The notes beneath the pieces are model-generated. The model was not told where the DNA came from. It ran no database searches and saw only the letters and a program-made list of their open reading frames with translations. A DNA stretch of 64,000 nt from Octopus sinensis (Eukaryota). The position numbers and the translations under genes are program-made. This document shows, piece by piece, positions 11,781 through 24,036 of the stretch (positions within the stretch are counted from its first letter, which is position 1; each line of letters opens with the position of its first letter). Where the stretch lies: contig NC_043007.1 in the NCBI RefSeq assembly GCF_006345805.1, positions 25,420,001-25,484,000 on the forward strand. The letters are read 5' to 3'.

Positions 11781-12185
11781 GGCAGCGAGCTGGCAGAAAC
11801 GTTAGCACGCCGGGCGAAATGCTCAGCGGTATTTCGTCTGACGTTACGTTCTGAGTTCAAATTCCGCCGAGGTCGACTTTGCCTTTCATCCTTTCGGGGT
11901 CGATAAATTAAGTACCAGTTACGCACTGGGGTCGATGTAATCGACTTAATACCTATGTCTGTCCTTGTTTGTCCCCTCTATGTTTAGCCCCTTGTGGGTA
12001 ATAAAGAAATAGGTATTTCATCTGATGTTATGTTCTGAGTTCAAATTCCGCCGAGGTCGACTTTGCCTTTCATCCTTTCGGGGTCGATAAATTAAGTACC
12101 AGTTACACACTGGGGTTGATATCATCGACTTAATCCGTTTGTCCCCTCTGTGTTTAGTTCCTTGTGGGTAGTAAAGAAATAGGTT
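11781..12185 (+). mobile_element. SINE family B (Meta-like gcctttcatcctttcggggtcgataaa domain) with head-to-tail 184-bp duplicated body
   Basis: tRNA-like head gagctggcagaaacgttagc...gagttcaaattcc; ggtattt at 11828 and 12012. Confidence 0.9.
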
Positions 12186-12519
12186 TTCTAAGGCAGTGTT
12201 TGACAGCTGAATGTTCTTTTGGCCACCAGCTCTTTTGGTTGTTCTCTGTGACATGCAGGAACATGGCACACCTATTCTAAAACTGGGAAATACACAGTAA
12301 ACAAGAAATGTTATACATACCATCTCATTCTTCCTAAGAGCAGAAATGAAGAACAGGTCAAGGGTTAATTATTGTGAAGTGATTTAGTCATCGTATTGAA
12401 TCTATCAAAAGCAACTTTGGCCTTTGTCATGCCCAAAGCAAATCAGATGCTTAATCCAAAGAAAGACATCTTAGTTCCAACTTCATAATGCCAACTGCTT
12501 TGATAGAAGCTAAAATATA

Positions 12520-12890
12520 TCATCATCATCATCATCATCACCATTTAGTGTCTGTGTTCCATGCTGGCATGGGTTAGATGGTTTGACCGGATCTGATGTA
12601 TCCAAGGATTGCATTGTGCTCCAGTGTCTGTTTTGGCATGGTTTCTACAGCTGGATGTTCTTCGTAATGCCAGTCACTTTACAACATGGACTGAGTGGCT
12701 TTCTTACATGCTGCTTGTGCTACTGAATTCACCATGACAGGCTTCTTTTAGTTTCCGTCTATCAAATCCACTCACAAGGCTTTGGTTGGCCTGAGGCTAT
12801 AGTGGAAGACACTTGTCCAAGGCACCATGCAGTGGGGCTGAATCTGGAACCATGTGGTTGGTAAGCAAGCTACATACCACACAGCCACAT
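12520..12890 (-). mobile_element. RTE tail (12520-12720) followed by SINE A 5' half (12738-12890)
   Basis: Similarity to the other copies in the window. Confidence 0.75.
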
Positions 12891-13794
12891 TCTGTTTTGG
12901 AATGAAACTTGAAGCAGATAAAGCTATAAATAACAGCATGCAATATATGGAGTAGTTTTGGTGAAGCATTGTGTGGTATTAGTAGTATAAAGAGGTTTGT
13001 TGTGTAAGGCCGGAACAATGCGAGAAGGTATAAAGTAAACTACAAAACAAAACAAAACAAAGTTATAGTATACCATTATATTCCTGTATTTCAGGGCTAT
13101 GAATTCTTCTCCAGAGTATTCAAACATCTTGAATTTTTCTGGTTTTATACAACGAATCTCATTATATATATATAAAGGGGCGTGTGGTGATCTTTCTGGC
13201 TGAGGAAGCAATGACCAAAATTTTTTGTCACATAGATATTTGAATCAAATTGACATGTTCATATCATGCAGCTATTTTTAAAATTTTTTTAAAAATCACA
13301 TTTTATATTAAGGGTGTTCTGTAATTTGAAAAAAGTATGAAATATCAGTTGAATAAACGCAGAAAACTATGCACATGTCATCTTTACACCATTTTTCTGA
13401 TGGAAGCAGAATGTCAACTTGCTTCCCTTTTCCTATGTAAGTGTTACATAACAATGTAAGATTATATATATATCATAGGTATTGCGAATTGACAGAAACT
13501 TAATCTAAGCGTATATTTATTAGCATCTAAAACTATTTGTTATCAGTTCCTACTAGAAAAAAAATTGTCTTTGTAGCACTTTTATTGGGAAAAAAATGTT
13601 AAAATATTACACCGAAGCGGATGCAACAGCTCATGTTGCTTCCCTTACACAGATTTCTTCAAACAATAAAAAAGTCTGAAGTCTATGATGTCAGGTAGTT
13701 TATATTAATTTTACAGAACATTAGGTGAACAAACGATCATATGAATAATAAGTAATATAATTTCAATGATTTTAATTTTTTAAGGGAAGCATTT

Positions 13795-13930
13795 CTTCCT
13801 TTCATCCTCATTGTTCGACCGTGGTCGAGACAATGGAATTTACCATGCTCCGCCAGACTTCACGGTCCATCATGGCATTATGGAGGTCCTGTTGCTGGAT
13901 GCCTGTATCCCTGGAGATTACATCTTCCCT
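13795..13930 (-). pseudogene. 3' end fragment of an RTE-type LINE ORF
   Basis: Minus translation DVISRDTGIQQQDLHNAMMDREVWRSMVNSIVSTTVEQ*, typical RTE C-terminal DR..WR motif. Confidence 0.6.
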
Positions 13931-14324
13931 TGCTTCTATGGACTACACGCCTATTATATATATATATATACACACACTGGGATAGCTTGAACTGGGCCAG
14001 GAACTGTGAATTAGTTAATAGATATCAGAGACGGCTTTAGACACTTGTAGGGATTTGGTAGCCTTTAGACATATATGTATACATATGTATAAACATACAC
14101 ACACATACAAAGATGTACAATAGAGTCTTTGTCTATAATATAAATTTCCATATATTTTTCACGTATGATAATATGAAATAATTAATTAGTCCTCAAAATA
14201 GATGGGCAATGTTAAATAATTATATCATTATATCCAACACAAACACACGCACATACACAAACAAACAAATGCTTCTTTGGTCTTAATTGATGTATTTAAT
14301 CAAGATAATATTTTCCCCTCATTA

Positions 14325-14552
14325 TTTATTTCTTTACTACCCACTAGGGGCTAAACACAGAGAGGACAAACCAGGACAGACAAACGGATTAAGCCGATTA
14401 TATCGACCCCAGTGCGTAACTGGTACTTAATTTATCGACCCCGAAAGGATGAAAGGCAAAGTCGACCTCGGCGGAATTTGAACTTAGAACGTAACGGCAG
14501 ACGAAATACTGCTAAGCATTTCACCTGGCGTGTTAACATTTCTGCCAGCTCT
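14325..14552 (-). mobile_element. SINE family B copy
   Basis: Reverse complement of the family B consensus. Confidence 0.88.
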
Positions 14553-14689
14553 TATTGATAAGATAACTCCATCTATTTGGTAAATTGTTGATTCCTTGGA
14601 TGTAAAATTCTTCAGGTTTCAAAGGAAAGAAATACTAAATGTCATTTTTAACCTCTTCACAATAAATAAACTGTTTTCCCTTAAATAAT

Positions 14690-14885
14690 GTTGCATAGCT
14701 CAGCGGTTAGAGTATTGGCCACGCGACTATGCAGTAATGAGTTTGAACCCTGAATCGGGCTGAGTGTTGTGTTCTAGAACATGACATTTTATTTCATGTT
14801 ACTCCAGTTCACTCAGCTGTGGAAATGAGTCGTGGTGTCATTGGTACCAAGCTGTGTCTGCCTTTGCCTTTCCCTTGGATAACAT
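14690..14885 (+). mobile_element. SINE family C copy (diverged)
   Basis: gcatagctcagcggttagag head, ctccagttcactcagctg core. Confidence 0.65.
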
Positions 14886-14997
14886 ACCTGCACCTAAGCT
14901 ATATTATGAAATGTAAATGGATACTGTGTTTAGACTTGTATCTGAATATAATGCTCGTTTACATTTCATAATATAATCTGAAACATTTTTTAGATAC

Positions 14998-16035
14998 ATC
15001 ATCATCATCATCATTTAGCGTCTGCTTTCCATGCTAGCATGGGTTGGACGGTTCAACTGGGGTCTGGGAAGCCAGAAGGCTGCACCAGGCCCAGTCTGAT
15101 CTGGCAATGTTTCTATGGCTGGATGCCCTTCCTAACGCCAACCACTCCGTGAGTGTAGTGAGTGCTTTTTATGTGGCACCGGCACAGGTGCCAGATGAGG
15201 CTGGCAAACGGCCACAATCGGATGGTGCTTTTTACGTGCCACCGGCACATATATATATAAATTCTGTGTGTGTGTGTGTATGAGGACAGCTATGTGAAGA
15301 AGTGTCATACTCTAATGGTGGAGAGAACCTGTGGAAGAGGTAGACGTAGGAGGACTCATGAAAGCAATGACAAGCAACTGAGACCTTTAGTGATATGCTG
15401 TGCTTGTGAAGACCTGTTGAGCCAAGTGAAATCATAGTCATGGCCGATGCCAAAGCCGTCTGACTAGAACCCATGCCAGTGGCACATAAAAAGTACCATT
15501 CAAGCAGTGGCTTCATGGAGACAATGACAGGTGACCAAGACCTTTGGTGATATACCATACTTGTGTAGACCTGTCAAGCCAAGTGAGACTGTAGTTGTGG
15601 TTATGCCCTGCCGATGGCATAAAAATACTCCAAAATCTGAAAAATCAGAAATCAGCAACACTTTAGGTCCCAGGAATTTCAGATAAAGGATTCTCAACCT
15701 GTACTATGTGGTTCGTGGTTTGGGGGCTTGCGAGGAACAATGATTCTGAGAGAAATGTTCTCAGGAGTTCTAAACTGCTCGCAGTGCCACCCCAATACAT
15801 GGATGTAAACAAAAATCACTGGAAATAAATATGTGGTGTCTTAAGAATGTTTTTAGTCAATGATTAATCATCATCATCATCATCATCGTTTAACGTCCAC
15901 TTTCCATGCTAGCATGGGTTGGACGATTTGACTGAGGCCTGGTGAACCAGATGACTGCACCAGGCTCCAATCTTGATCTGGCAGAGTTTCTACAGCTGGA
16001 TGCCCTTCCTAACGCCAACCACTCCGAGAGTGTAG
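14998..16035. mobile_element. Cluster of RTE 3' UTR/tail fragments (14998-15250 minus, 15290-15622 plus, 15868-16035 minus)
   Basis: (CAT)n-gtttaacgtcc..tttccatgctagcatgggttggacg matches the reverse complement of the RTE tail. Confidence 0.8.
15623..15701. mobile_element. pogo/Tigger-like TIR end with flanking TA
   Basis: Reverse complement TA-CAGGTTGAGAATCCTTTATCTGAAATTCCTGGGACC resembles Tigger4/MER46-type termini (from recall). Confidence 0.55.
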
Positions 16036-16114
16036 TATTAGGATTAATATCATTTTCATTTCAGTGGCAAATGGAGATGACTCTGAACGTATTTCAACAT
16101 TATTCTTCCTTCAG

Positions 16115-16570
16115 GTGGAGAGTTGGCAGAACTGTTAATATGCTGAGCAAAATGCTTAGCAGCATTTCGTCCGTCTTTACATTCTGAGTTCAAATTCCAC
16201 TGGGGGTTGACTTTGCCTTTCATCCTTTTGGAGTTGATAAAATAAGTACCAGTTGAGTACTGGGGTCAATGTAATTAGCTTACCACCTCTACCAAAATTG
16301 CTGGCCTTGTGCCAAAACTTGAAGACAATATCATTCTACCTTAAGGCAGTAAGCTGGCGGAATCATTAGCATGCCTGGCAAAATGCTTAGCGGTTTTTCA
16401 TCTGTCTGGACATTTTGAGTTCAAGTTCCTCCAAAGTCAACCTTGCCTTTCATCCTTTTGAGGGTTGATAAAATAAATACCAGTTGAAACACTGGGGGTT
16501 AATGTAATCAACTTACCCGCCCTCTCTCTCTCTCTGAAATTTCTGGCCTTGTACTAAGATTTGAAACCAT
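16115..16570 (+). mobile_element. Two adjacent old SINE B copies with CpG decay
   Basis: ggttgactttgcctttcatccttttggagttgataaa versus consensus ggtcgac...ttcggggtcgataaa. Confidence 0.8.
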
Positions 16571-17301
16571 TAGTATTCTGCCTTCATTAGTACATACCAG
16601 CACATAATAGGATGGAGACTGTATTTGAAAATACAGTCTCTATCCTATTATAATATTGTCTTTCCTAGTTTATCATTGTGAAATGTTTGTATTTCATCAG
16701 TATATTAGCGAATATTAATAATGTACTTTGAAAACCAATTCACAATGATTTATTGTAAAATCTGGAGAAACCAAGGAAACGAGTGAGAATGTGCCTGAAC
16801 TCTACTTTGGATCAGCATTGAGTTGCTAGTTTGGATTTGCTACTGAAGAATGATATTTCAGAAATTAACTGTATTATAAATATGGCAGCAGTTAATAACA
16901 TTTTAGCTTCATAAATCCTATGTATGATAGATTTATTTTAGTTTTTACCTAATCTGCACATGCACACATTCACACATAAACATACATACATACAGACATA
17001 CATACGTGTGTGTATATATGTATGTATGGAAAACAGATGTTATACGATGATGTCGACATTATCTTAATATTGATTCCTCTTTTGTATGTGCCTAGTTATC
17101 TGGTTAATTCCACACTATTAGGAAATGGGGAAAGATATCATCATCGTCATCATCATCATTTAATATCCTTGTTTCATGCTGGCATGGGTTGGATGCTTTG
17201 ACAGCATCCAACAGGGTCTGCGTCATACATCACTGTCTACTTTGATATGGTTTCTATAACTGGATGCCCTTCCTAATGGCACATATATACATATATATAT
17301 A

Positions 17302-17591
17302 TCAGCTTCCATGACTTTCGGAAACATTTTTTCACGCTAAGAGTTGCTGAAGCATGGAACAGACTGCCGGCATCAGTTGTTAGTTGTCGGAGCACTGCAT
17401 CCTTCAAAACTTCCATGCTTCCTGAGATTCGCCAATACTACACCTGATTTTCTCCCCTCCATACACACGCGAGCATGTATCTGACTCATACACTGTTCAC
17501 TTTCCAGACATTTGTACATTACTGCATCTGCTTTATACGCACTTTTGACAAGTTGTGGTGCACCTGAGCACTGTATACAATAATTTCATTA

Positions 17592-17625
<34 letters not shown>
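17302..17625 (+). mobile_element. CR1-like LINE 3' end with (TTA)n tail
   Basis: Translation HDFRKHFFTLRVAEAWNRLPASVV..., the FF..R....WN.LP motif of CR1/L2 ORF2 C-termini, then 3' UTR and microsatellite tail. Confidence 0.8.
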
Positions 17626-17629
<4 letters not shown>

Positions 17630-18119
17630 GTATGTATGCTCTGGCATGGCTGTGGGGTTAAGAAACCATGTGATTTAGAGTTTGTTCCTACTGTAAGGAC
17701 ACTGTAAGCTAGTGTTTTTTTTCTATCGCAGTCATGAGTTGACCAATGTTTCTAAGGGAAATTTGGTAGATGGAAACTGTAAGAAGCCTACACGTTTGTG
17801 TGTTTGGATAATATAATCCCAGGTCAATATATCTTAAATTATAGTGCAAGAACCAATTCTTAAGGGTGCAAAATTTGGGTGTCAATCAGATTTTTTGTTT
17901 TATTTTGTTGTTGATGTATACAACTTTCACTTTTTGATGTCAGCTGGATGCTCAACATAACATCCGGATAACCCTCAACACCAAAATGCTATGTTTCTCA
18001 AAGTTAGCTGAATATAAGCAACATCATCCTGTACAGTAAATGGTTTTCTTTGTAATTTTGATTTTTTTTTTTTAGTTTTTAAATTAAGTTGATGGAAAAT
18101 GATTTTCTTCTTTAAAGAA

Positions 18120-18548
18120 GGCGTAGGAGTGGCTGTGTGGTAAGTAGCTTGCTTACGAGCTACATGGTTCCGGGTTCAGTCCCACTGCATGGCACCTTAG
18201 GCAAGTGTCTTCCACTATAGCCTCGGGCCGACCAAAGCCTTGTGAGTGGGTTTGGTAGACGGAAATTGAAAGAAGCCTGTTGTATATATGTATATATATA
18301 TATATATAATATATATATATATGTATGTATGTATGTGTGTGTATATGTTTGTCTGTGTTTGTCCCCCAACATCGCTTGACAACCAATGCTGGTGTGTTTA
18401 TGTTCCCGTAACTTAGCGGTTTGGCAAAAAGAGACCGATAGAATAAGTACTAGGCTTACAAAGAATAAGTTCTGGGGTCGATTTGCTCGACTAAAAGGTG
18501 GTGCTCCAGCATGGCACAGTCAAATGACTGAAACAAGTAAAAGAGTAA
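18120..18548 (+). mobile_element. Full-length SINE family A
   Basis: Complete head, CORE-like block, internal (TA)n and agtaaaagagtaa tail. Confidence 0.92.
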
Positions 18549-18755
18549 CCAGCCGTATCCAGCCAAAAAATTCCACCTATTTTATGTTCAAACTGGCTGG
18601 ATCTGGCCTCTCATACCAACCCTACAATATCATTCTAAAGATTAACAGTTACCTTATCAAAATCTCAAAGCTGCCAGATAATGCATGATTAATTCAAGAT
18701 AATATGAATGGATTAGCATTACTTTTGACAGCATAATGTGAACGCTAAAGGATTA
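18548..18755. mobile_element. Partial TTAA-ended (piggyBac-type) MITE
   Basis: Ends gctaaaggattaa, similar to the aaagggttaa termini at 47803 and 52757. Confidence 0.4.
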
Positions 18756-19229
18756 AGTCTTGAAGAAGTGTGTGCCTTGAAAAAAGTTAAGAACTGCTGT
18801 CTTAAATACTCTCTCCTCAAAGAAAAATAAAATGAAATATATGTCATGGCTGAAATGCATATAAATTGTAGTTCTACAAAGTCAGAGCTGATCTGGAGCA
18901 AAATCACAACATTTAGAGTTAGCCCTACATAGCCCAAAATTTGTAGGTAATTGTATTACAAAAGGTTTTGGAAGCATTTAGTATCAGTCACTTTTCTTTT
19001 CTTTTTTGCTTGTTTTTTTTAATGTTGTTATATTTTAGCTTTGAGTTACTTATCAGTGTGCAATGTCTGCTTAAGAAAATGAGTGTAAGGCTTGTGGTTG
19101 AAAATGTTTGATTGATTGCCACCTGGTTCTGAGTTCAATTTGAATGCATGGTTCCTTTTGGCAATTGTGCTTTCTACCATAGCCTTGAGTTGACCAATAC
19201 CTCATCACCGCCACGGCCACCACCACCAC

Positions 19230-19735
19230 CACCACCATCATTATCGTTTGGCGTCTGTTTTCCATGCTGGCATGGGTTGGATGGTTTGACTGAGGACTGG
19301 CAAGCCAGTAGGCTGCACCAAACTCCAGTCTGATCTGGCAAGGTTTCTACAGCTGGATGTCCTTCATAATGCCAATCACTCCAAGAGTGTAGTGGGTGCT
19401 TTTTACATGCCACCGGAACCTCACATATGGTATTTGGTAAATAAAAACTGTGCTGGTGCCTGCAGTATAATGCTCCATGTTTTAAATGTGTTAGCACTAA
19501 CTATTGTTTTTTCAAGCTGATAGCACCTCTGAGTTTGTGCCACTGGCACATAAAAAGCACCCACTACACTCTTGGAGTGGTTGGTGTTAGGAAGGTCATC
19601 CAGCTGTAGAAACCATGCCAAATCAGATTGGAACCTGGTGCAGCTCCCCCAGATTACCAGTTTTCAGTCAAACCGTCCAACCCACTCGAACATGGAGAAG
19701 GAATGTTAAATGATAATGACAATGATGATGATGAC
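19230..19735. mobile_element. Inverted pair of RTE tails (19230-19415 minus; 19540-19735 plus)
   Basis: The two copies are reverse complements about 125 bp apart. Confidence 0.85.
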
Positions 19736-20384
19736 AACGTAGGTTGGTATTGAAACTGCTATTGTTTCACGAGAAAGGTATTTTGCTTCAGAAAATATAT
19801 GGTCAATGAAATGATTGTCGCCTAACTTTATTCTTTTGATCTTTCTCGTTAAAAACTCTAATTAAGTATTGTTTTGGTTTAGTTTGTTCAAAACAATGAC
19901 GCAACTTGGAATATTCTATTATGGAGGCTGAAGAAATACTTTCACACTAATCTCCATTTGACATTTTTCTTTTAATCCACTTGCTACTTCCAGCTGTCAT
20001 TCTTTTATTCCGAAAGTCATCAGAATTCCATTGCTATGCTTTCATTCTTCTTCTCATTAAAAGCCTGTTTCTTATTCTTATGTTTAGTTCAATTAAACTT
20101 GAAGAGCTTGTAAAATGTTTGCTGACATTCTCCTTATTCAAGTTTCTGTAAACATTTTTCTGTCTTCTTTTTATCTATAAAAATGTTAACGAAGCTATTT
20201 GAACTGTGAAGCAATTATAATTTGTACTACAGTTCGTTTACATTTTGTAAAAGTTTACAACTGGTACGCCTTAATTATGTTATAAGAATTACATTAAAAG
20301 TACGAGGGTATGTGAAAAGTTCCTAATCTAAAGAACAAGTCAGTGCACCGTGTAATATAAGGAGAAAACTTCTGGTTTCAGTGA

Positions 20385-20945
20385 CACCATGCTGGTGCCA
20401 TGTAAAAAGCACCCATGCCGGTGCCACATATAAGGCACTGGTGCTGGTGCCATGTAAAAAAGCATCCAATGCATTCTGTAAAGTGGTTGGCATTAGGAAG
20501 GGCATCCAATCATAGAAACCATGCCAAAGCAGACAAATGGCGCCTAGCAGAGCTCTCCAGCTTACCAGCTCCTGTCCAACTGTCCAACCTGTGCCAGCAT
20601 TGAAAACAGACATTAAATGATGATGAGCCCTACTGCACAGCACCTTGTGCAAGTGTCTTCTACTATGGCCCCAGGTTGACCACTGCCTTGTGAGTGAATT
20701 TGGTAGAAGGAAACTGTGTGGAAGCCTACTGTGTGTATATACATATATGTGTATATATGTATGTGTTTGTTCCCCACTACTGCTTGGCAGCTGGTGCTGT
20801 AACTTAGTGGTTCAGCAAAAGAGACTGATAGAATAAGTACCAGGTTTAAAAATTAGAACTGGGGTCGATATGTTTCACTAAATGCCTCGAAGTAGTGCCC
20901 CAGCATGGCCATGGTCCAATGACTGAAATAAGATAAAGATAAGAC
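20385..20945 (+). mobile_element. RTE tail followed by diverged SINE A
   Basis: Similarity to the other copies in the window. Confidence 0.7.
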
Positions 20946-21099
20946 ATTACCAATAGGACTGCATTTAAAACAGAGAATTGGTTGACTCATTAGAACATCA
21001 GATAGATTGCACTCTGGTATTCTTTCTGGCTCTCGGAGTACTGAGTCAAAATACCACCGAGGTCAAAGGCAAAGTTACCGTTCATCCTTTTAGGATTAA

Positions 21100-21340
21100 T
21101 AAGTAAATACCTATTTCGTTACTGCCCACAAGGGGCTACACACAGAGGGGACAAACAAGGACAGACAAACGGATTAAGTCAATTACATCGACCACAGTAT
21201 GGGGACCTAGGTTGGGTTCCAGATCAGCCTTGACTGTCATCAGCCAGGTTTTTCGTTGTCCACCACATCGCTTTCGCCAACCCTGATGGGGAGCTGGGGC
21301 AATTGCTTCGTAGATGAATTCTCCTGGTTGACGATGGAGG
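21100..21340 (-). mobile_element. SINE B 3' end fused to an RTE ORF C-terminal fragment
   Basis: Minus translation GWRKRCGGQRKTWLMTVKADLEP (RTE R.RGG.RKTW motif) at about 21200-21340. Confidence 0.65.
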
Positions 21341-21405
21341 GCAAGACCCATGGTTTTCCCTGCAGATAGCTTAAAAGGTACAGACTGAACACCAGTCATA
21401 CTTAC

Positions 21406-21480
21406 CTGACTAGTTTGTGAAGGTCTATGAAGTTTTTGCTCTTTCCTTCTCACGATAACAAAATAAACTGAAAGAATTAC
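21406..21480 (-). other. Candidate 75-nt internal exon
   Basis: Minus strand: long poly-T tract + gcag acceptor and perfect CAG|GTAAGT donor; open only in phase 0: VILSVYFVIVRRKEQKLHRPSQTSQ. Confidence 0.5.
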
Positions 21481-22499
21481 CTGCAAAAAAAAAGAAAAGA
21501 AAAATAAAATCAAACCAACGAAGGAACCTCTATTTGGTTGCTTGACCTTTCTATAAATATTGTAACAGTCAAATATTCTGTGAATCACATCTTCTATCCT
21601 AAAAAACGAAAGACATATTGAATAATAAAAATGGACATGATGGCATGGCTGTGTGGTTAAGAAGCTTGCTTCCCAACCGTGTGGTCTTGAGTTCTGTCCC
21701 ACTGTGTGATATCTTGGGGAAGTGTCTTCTATAATCCTGGGCCAATCAATGCCTTGTGAATGGATTTGGTAGATGGAAACTGAAAGAAGCCCATTGCATG
21801 TGTGTGTACCTTTGTCTTGACATCACATGATGGTCGTAAATGAGCGTGGTGTTTCCATGAAAAATATGTCTGACCATGGAAAATATCACCTTGCTGGGAA
21901 ACAAGTGATGGTTGGGGACAGGTGGGACATCAGGCTGTATAAAATCTGCCTCAACAAATCAAATTCCATCTGATCCATCATACAAGTACGGAAAACTGAA
22001 TATTAAATGATGATGATGATGATGGTGGTCAAGGCTGGAAAACATCTGGACATAGATCAAAACCGACATGGAACAAGGAAAGAAAGAAAGGGTTATGTAG
22101 TCTGAAGAAAAAAAAATCCTCAAAAGCAAATGGGATGGTCACATCTGGAATACTATAGATCTGCTTGATCGAAGCTGACTAAGGCTAACCTGGTGCTTAG
22201 CAACATGTGGTCACTAGATATAATACACCATGTCTGAATAAAAAAATGGTGTGGTCATATCTTTAAGAGAGCTTTTATGCATGCGTTTGGCAGAATTAAA
22301 CACCAAAAATGATTACTATCAAATAAACAAAAAATTAAATTATCTAATTTGATAAATATAAATGATTTTTTACAATAGAATTATTTGGCAAAAAAAAAAA
22401 GAAAAAAATTAGCAAAAATAGATCTAAGATGAGGAAATACTGTGATTATTAAAAAAAAAAAAAAAAACCAAGTTGCTAAATTTAGCTGTGAAAGTAGAT

Positions 22500-22819
22500 T
22501 TCTGAAATAATCTCATCTGTAACGATGTGCGATTTATAATGAATGGATCAGCATGTGTTTACCAATTTCTTCCTCTCTTTCTCTCCTCGCTGCTTCCGCC
22601 TGTTTGTACGCCTGTACGTCTTGACGACCACACTATCACCAACCAAGCAATTCTGTTGTAATTTTCGCTGCTTAAAGATTTGGAGATTTGGAGCAGCTGC
22701 AAAAATTCTATCTCCCACTTGTCATTAAGATTTGGCCTGCAGCTGAAGGCTAATCAGCCGACTCTTGCTCATTTTGACTTGTTAAAGTCGGTGTATTAAT
22801 GACTGCGCGCTGCTATCTG

Positions 22820-22820
<1 letters not shown>
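22500..22820. promoter_or_regulatory. Unique, CpG-retaining, enhancer-like block
   Basis: Non-repetitive, many intact CpGs in a depleted neighbourhood, several TAAT/ATTA, CAGCTG and TGAC motifs. Confidence 0.3.
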
Positions 22821-22875
<55 letters not shown>

Positions 22876-23089
22876 AATCGTATACATGCATCCACATGTA
22901 CGTACACACATTCACATGCACGTATGTGTGTGCGTATGCATGCACGCAGACACTTTCTCGTTTGTTTATAGCTGTCTTGTTTACGACTACTACCACCATC
23001 ACAGCCGCTTCTACAACTACTACTACTACTACTGCTGCTGCTGCTTCTGCTATTAATACAACTGCAATCACGATTACTATTGCCACCAT

Positions 23090-23137
<48 letters not shown>

Positions 23138-23250
23138 CACTACCACCATCACCACCACACTACCTGGTTACTACTACTATCTCAACCACCATACTACTAC
23201 TGCTGCTGCTGCTGCTACTACCACTACTACTGCTACTCCACCATCACTTC
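22821..23250. repeat. (CA)n and (CTA/CTG/CCA)n microsatellites
   Basis: Directly visible. Confidence 0.9.
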
Positions 23251-23396
23251 CATAGTATCTTGAAATTAAGAACAATAATCCAATTTCTTTCTTATCAGAT
23301 TTACATATATATTCCATCTTCAGTTTCGTATGTGTGTTTGTGTAAATACTAACATGTGATCTTAAAGATAGCATTTTGGCAGACATTTGTGCTTTG

Positions 23397-23430
<34 letters not shown>

Positions 23431-23998
23431 TATATGTTTGTGTGTGTGTGTGTATCTATACATATGTATACCTACATATACATATAATCTCATGTATCCT
23501 GTTTTGAATATGCTAGGATGTGTTTTGAGGGAGGTTGGCTGCTATTTCTAGCAGTTCAAGTGACCACTCACTGGTTTGTGGCTGTTTAGTTGTTTAGCTC
23601 TTTGACTATCAGGAACTTTGTTGTCCAATGTGTCCTTGTTTTTTTTTGTTTTCAATATGGTTAGAGTGTATGATTTGAGAGAGGCTCAGAGTCTCCCTTG
23701 CTGGTTCTTGGCTTTTTATAGTTCTTGTTAAGTCCCAGGTCAGTCGTCTGTGATGAAGCATCTCAAGAACTTACCTTATTTCAAGAATTATATGGATGTG
23801 ACTATGGATTTATCTGCCCTGCCCCCTTCTCCTTCATGCTCTCTCTCTCTCTCTCTCTGCATGAGGGTTTGTATGTGTCTGTGTGTGTCTGTGTGTGTCT
23901 GTGTGTGTCTGTGTGTGTGTGCACTAATGTGTTTAAGTAAGTGGAAGTTGGTTTGAGTTCATTGAATGTGGATGACTAGAACGGATGGACGTTTGAAG

Positions 23999-24036
<38 letters not shown>

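Noticed and set aside
20300-20340. tacgagggtatgtgaaaagttcc mariner-like TIR
   Set aside because: Single short end without partner or ORF; too little to annotate
23768-23780. Isolated strong minus-strand donors (AAG|GTAAGT here; similar at about 43277, 43327, 53370, 61666)
   Set aside because: No matching good acceptor or coding frame; such hexamers are expected by chance in 64 kb
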